From positions 496,001 through 560,000 of the forward strand of contig CAUYUJ010000192.1 in the NCBI GenBank assembly GCA_963575745.1: a stretch of 64,000 bases of DNA, in the 5' to 3' direction. The translations under genes were made by a program, and so were the position numbers. This DNA is from Prorocentrum cordatum (lineage: Eukaryota). This document shows, piece by piece, positions 58,613-64,000 of this stretch (within the stretch, counting starts at the first letter, position 1; each line of letters begins with the position of its first letter). Below the pieces are notes generated by a model. The model searched no databases. It worked only from the letters and a program-made list of their open reading frames with translations, and was not told where the DNA came from.

Positions 58613-61600
58613 TGCGGACCAGACTCCTGTGCGGATTCTTACGCGGACACCTACGTGGATATCCCAGCGTGCACGGCGGCAGAGCCGGGAGCGCACTGGG
58701 GGGGGGAAGCGTTGCGTCACTAGGTGGGGGCTGGGGGGGAGGGGGCCATGACGCCCGTCATGCCCCAAGCAGTCCTCCTCCTCCTCCTCCAAAGAACTGG
58801 TCTCTGGGGGCACGGGGAGGGCCCCGGGAGGGCCCGCGGGCGGCACGCGCAGGGCGGCGCCCCAGCAGAGGGACCCGTGCAGGGCCAGCCAGCATCTCAG
58901 GGCCCCCTCAGCCTGTGGCGCTGCTCGCCAGAGGGAGGAGGAGGAGGAGGAGGGAGGAGGAGGGAGGAGGAGGAGGAGGAGGAGGAGGAGGAGGAGGAGG
59001 AGGATAGGAGGAGGAGGAGGAGGAGGATAGGAGGAGGACTCCACCTAGAGAAAGGGAAGGATAGAGAATGGTTCGACGCACGGCTGCAGCCTTCTAAGCC
59101 GCGCCACTGTCCTGGATTAATAACAAAAAATCATCATTTTTTAGGCAGCCCTGAGAATCGAGTCGGGTCATCGGACGGAATCGAAACGCGCGCTGGGTCA
59201 GGCCGCATCGACACGGAGCTGGAACCGAAGCGGATCGGCCGCGCCAGCGTGAACGACGACGCCATGCAAACATCGGGCCGAGCCAGACCGCCAGAGTATC
59301 GAAATCGAATCGTAGGAAGCATCTCCTGGGAGGCCCTCGCAAGAACAAGTGCTGGGCAATCAGACCCGTTTCAGGAGTCAATAGGCATGAAGCCGAATTG
59401 GGCTGGATGTCGCCCAGAATTCAGCCAGGCTCAACTGGAGTGAGCGGGGTTAGATGGAACCAAAGGGGATTATGCTGGATTCGGCTGGTTTTCGACCAGT
59501 TATGTCCGCGCTGATGCTGAATCTACCCTTCCAAAAAAAGGAACCCAAACGAATCGATCGAGCTGGCAGGAATCGATCTCTGATCGGACCGGTCGGACTG
59601 GAATGGGCCCTGCGGCCGCGGAGGCCCACACGGGAGCGTCCTCATGTCGCGGCGCTTCTCCGCGAGCTTGCGCTCCCTCCGCCGCTTGGCGGACTTGCTC
59701 AGGGGTGCCTTGTCCAGATGGCCGGGGGGCGCGAGCGAGGGCGCCGGCTGTGTGCAGGGGGCCCCAAGACCTGCTGTCTGGGCACGCCTGCGCAGGGCTT
59801 GGGAGCAAGCGCCTGGGCGCGACGTGGCCTTGGTCAGCCGCACCCCGTCGCACCAAGATGAATCCCCCGAGCTCGGAGGAGGAGGAAGAGGAGCAGGAGG
59901 AGGGGGAGGAGGAGGAGGGGGAGGAGGAGGGGGAAGAGGAGGAGGAGGGCAGGATGACCTCAAGACCTGCTGTCGCAGGTGGCTCGGAAAGGGGCGGCTC
60001 CTGCGCTGCTCCCTCGGGCCCCTGGGGCCCTCACGGGCCGATCCGCCCCGAGGAGTGCTCGCGGAGAAGGCCTGCTCGGGGGCCCTGGCCGAGCTTTGCT
60101 ACGACCCCGTGCTTCTGCTCGTGACGTCGAATCTCGGCGGCGAACGAACAACACACGCACCCACACCCCTAGGGGCGTCGAAGGGACGGCGACGGGCCGT
60201 GGGTGTTGGTGCGCGTTGCCGGACCCCCGGGGGAGACTCCCGTCCGTCCGACCACACGCACCCGTAGCCCTCTCCGTCCCCCCTGCGGGTACACCCATCG
60301 GTCGGACGAGGCAGGCAGAAGCATGAAGCAGGAAGGCGTCAGAAGCAGATTGGGCCTCCGCCCGCCCTCTGAAGGAGGACGGAACAGGTGAAGCCACTTG
60401 ATCATTGGAGCAGGAATGCGCTCAAAAGCAGACTGGAGTCTGGGACTCCAAAAGTACCTACTTTCAACGACCGATGGGTAGTATGGGTGTGTGTATTGTT
60501 CGTTCGCCATCTCAGGGGAGCAGGATGAGAACAGACTCGCATAAGGACTGACCAAGAATATCTCGGGGGGCTGGCGGGTCTGCAGGATGCCTCGGCCGCC
60601 GCGGCGGCTCCCAGAGCGCTCCGGAACGCTCTGACAGGGGCGCTCCGCAGCGCTCTGGATCGAAAAGGTCCTCATCCTAGGTCTGCCTGCATCGGCCCCG
60701 TCCCTCGGTCCAGCTCTCGGAAACCGAGAATCACGAGATACACGCCGCCCTCATTTTTTGCAGGACGCTGGACCCAGACCCCCGAGGTCGTGCTTTTCTC
60801 GCAACGTCGACCCCTGGAGGTCTCGACGCATTCCCTCGGACCGGCTTTTCGCCGAGAGTTGTCGGTTCTGGGGCCCAGCGAGGGCCCCAAGGTGCATGAA
60901 ATAGCAACAGCAACAGCAACAGCAACAACAACAACAATCAATGTTTAAGACTGTTCGCTCTTATGTGCTCGCGGGCCATTCAAAACGTATATCCCAAACC
61001 CTCGATACCCGCCCTCTTCGTCTTCGATCGTACGTCCCAAGACCGTGACCACGGAAACACCAAAGAACTCACCGCACGGCTTTGGGACCGTGCAGGCCCA
61101 AGCCAACTGAGGCGTCCTCGAAGAACGATCCGAGTCCCAAAAACTATGGTGAACATTTTCTTATTCGGCGTTTCGCCATTTGGCGGAAGGGGGGAGGAGA
61201 GAAGGAGGGGTCTGGCTCCGGACCCCTGCTTAGTGCGACTGTTCGGAACCGTGCGTCCTACGGGGGAGGCTCCACCTGCTCGAAGCAAGCGCCAAAAGCA
61301 AACAAGATCTACTCCATGGCGGAGGGGGGACGGGGGGGTGCGAGGGCCCGCGCCGAACGGCAAAACAACGAATAAAAAAACGCTCATATGCGGTGACATC
61401 GAGCCCCCACTGCTTGACCACACGGTGTGGTCACCGCACCGCTCGGGGGCATCCGAGCGTCGGTCCGGCGCTGACGGGCTCTCGCTCGCGCCCCACGGGG
61501 ATGGCCGTCGTCCGCGGTCAAGCCCGGGATGAACTCGGGGATGTCCACGCGGGCGTCGAACCTGCTCACCGAGGGGGAACTTTCGGGGGGACCAGCTCAG

Positions 61601-62039
61601 GGGGGGAAACATCGACGTGGAATTGGCAGTGCAGATCGGCGATAGGCCCCCGAGGGCGAAGGCGCCGGTTGCTGGGCGGGGTGACTTATATCGGGTCCCC
61701 GTCGGCGATGAATGGGAGCAAAGGGTCGATGCATCCACCCTGAGCCTGTCATCCCCTAACGCTGCTCCTGATCCACGGCGGGTTCGCAACGCGATGGCGT
61801 CGGCGCCAACTCCCGACACCGCGTGGGTCCCTGAGATCCGGGCGTCGCATTTTTTTCACCGCGTGGGCCCTTGATTCGGGCCCCGGGGCCCTCACGGATC
61901 GATCTGGCTCGACAAGTGCACCAGAAAAAATTAGGGCCCGGGGCTCTGGTCGAGCTTTAAACGTATGAGCGAAGCGCTTCCGTTCGCCCTCAAACCTCGG
62001 AAGTTACTCCTGGGCCTCGTCTGCGAGTAAACTGCAGGA

Positions 62040-62340
62040 GTCTCAGGCGGGAACCACCTTCCTACGGGGCCCGCACTTCATGTTGGTGATCCGAACGGGT
62101 CATCGGTAAACTCTAACAGGCATCGCACTTGAGCACCCCAAGGGGGCAATCGTGAGGATCTCTCAGGCGGGGGCCCCGTTTGTGAGTGAATTGCGAAAAG
62201 GTTTCGAGCGAGAGCTCCCTCCCTATGGGGCCCGCACTTCATGTTGGAAATCCGAGCGGGTCATCGGAAACTCTACCAGACATAACACTTGAGCACCCCA
62301 AGGGGCAAAATCGTGAGAATGTCTCAAGCGGGGGCCTCGT
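62040..62340 (+). repeat. ~130-bp repeat units (CCCTATGGGGCCCGCACTTCATGTTGG...CACTTGAGCACCCCAAG), continued at 63690-64000
   Basis: Several homologous units on both sides of intervening satellites. Confidence 0.75.
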
Positions 62341-63090
62341 CTGTGTGAATCCCACCAGCCCTTTGGGCGTGAGTGGTTTAGGGAGCTCTCTCTGTCCTCA
62401 ACCCCCCTTCTTCCCCTTCGGGGAGGGGTTTACCCCTCCCCCTACCCCCTCCCCCTGGGCCTGGAGAGGGGGTCCGGCGGGTCGTCAGGGGGGTCGATTT
62501 CGACTCCTGGGAGGGCTAAAAACGACACCCCTCACGAGGATTCTGGCCCCGACGGGGGGAAGCAAAAAAACCCTCTCCTCTTCTTTGAAGCCAAAATCAT
62601 TGATTTTACTACGGTTTTGGCCCCATTTTGGCCTTCTGAGGGGGCAGCGCTAATTACAGCTCCCCTCTTCCTTCAGAGCAAAATCATTGATTCTCCGAAG
62701 GTTTTCGGCTCATTTTGCCCTTCTGAGGCGGCAGCGCTCATGGAAGCTTCCCTCTTCTTTGATCCATCCCCTCCACGATGGCCCCAAGAAGCGCCCAGGA
62801 GGTACCAAGAGGCCCCAAGATGGCCCCAAGAGGCCCCCAGGAGGCCCCCAAGAGGCCTCCAAGAGGCCCCCAAGATGCCCCCAAGAGGTCCCCAAGAGGC
62901 CCCAAGAGGCTCCCCCGAGGCACCCAAGACGCTCCTGGAAGCCCCTGGGGCCGCCAAGAGGCCCCCAAGACGCCCCAACCGGCCTCCAAGAGGCTCCCAA
63001 GAGGCCCGAAGAGGCTCCCCCAAGGCACCCAAGACGCTCCTAGAAGCCCCTGGGGCCGCCAAGAGGCCCCCAAGACGCCCCAAAAGGACG

Positions 63091-63470
63091 AGGGGCCCGA
63101 ACGACTCACACCACGAAGAGCCCGAACGACTCACACCAGAAGGAGGGGCCCGAACGACTCACACCAGGACGAGGCGCCCGAACGACTCACACCACGAGGA
63201 GCCCGAACGACTCACACCACGACGAGGGCCCCGAACGACTCACACCACGAGGAGCCCGAACGAGTCACACCAGGAGGAGGGGCCCGAACGACTCACACCA
63301 GGACGAGGGGCCCGAACAACTCACACCACGAGAAGCCCGAACGACTCACACCAGGACGAAGAGCCCGAACGACTCACACCACGAAGAGCCCGAACGACTC
63401 ACACCAGGAAGAAGGGCCCGAACGACTCACACCAGGACGAGAACCCCCAAACGACTCAAACCACGAGGAG
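63091..63470. repeat. Minisatellite, 27-30 bp unit (GCCCGAACGACTCACACCA(C/G)GA..), ~13 copies
   Basis: Read directly. Confidence 0.95.
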
Positions 63471-64000
63471 CGCTTTCTCTCCCTCCTCCTCCGCCTCGTC
63501 CTTCTCCCGCTCCCACCACAAGGAGGATGTACAAGGAGGCGGGAGGAAGGAGGAACAGGGGAGATATGCGGGAGCAGGCGGAAACACGCCTGAAAAACAC
63601 GACTCTCGGCATGCTTCGCAAGAGTTGCTGTTTTGAGATGGGCTGGTGGGGATACGCGAAGCGTAAAGAATTGCAAGGACGTTCATGCTGGAACCCCCTC
63701 CCTATGGGGCTCGCACTTAATGTTGGTACTCCGAGCGGGACGTAAGCAAATTCTACCAGGCATAACACTTGAGCACCCCAAGAAGCAAATCGTGAGGATG
63801 TCTCAAGCGGGGGTCTCCTCCCTACCTATGGGGCCCGCACTTCATGCTGGTAATTGGGTTCCTCCGGCCTGAATCTGCCCTCCCTATAGGGACCCCAACC
63901 TCCATGTTGAAATCCGAGCGATGTCATCCAAATTTTGCAACTGCATCACTTTTTGGCTCCCCAGGCTTGAATCTGGAGGAAGTCTCGAGAGGGAACCTTG

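Noticed and set aside
60380..60570. Possible exon in unique sequence
   Set aside because: No recognisable homology or convincing splice sites

Overview
GC-rich, repeat-saturated eukaryotic DNA, almost certainly from a dinoflagellate: it contains a perfect 22-nt dinoflagellate spliced leader (DinoSL). No intact cellular gene, rRNA, tRNA or CRISPR array was recognised. The main feature is a near full-length 6.7-kb non-LTR retrotransposon (LINE, 3449-10163). It begins exactly with the DinoSL and encodes ORF1 (RanBP2-type zinc finger plus coiled coil) and ORF2 (APE endonuclease, RT, CCHC knuckle, RNase H, C-terminal Cys/His motifs; two frameshifts in this copy). It ends in a 3' stem-loop and a (TCC)n run and sits inside a (CCT)n microsatellite. 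The AUG immediately after the SL opens the ORF2 frame and stays open across all of ORF1. Together these suggest a LINE that uses SL trans-splicing to make its 5' end and targets or seeds CCT microsatellites (inference). The rest of the window is nested MITEs and foldback elements (including two families with 5-bp target duplications and TA-target Tc1/mariner-type families), a DIRS-like RT/RNase H fragment, a decayed EEP-endonuclease-like pseudogene, 73-92 bp satellites and long microsatellites. Most ORFs in the supplied track are artefacts of GC-rich and repetitive DNA.
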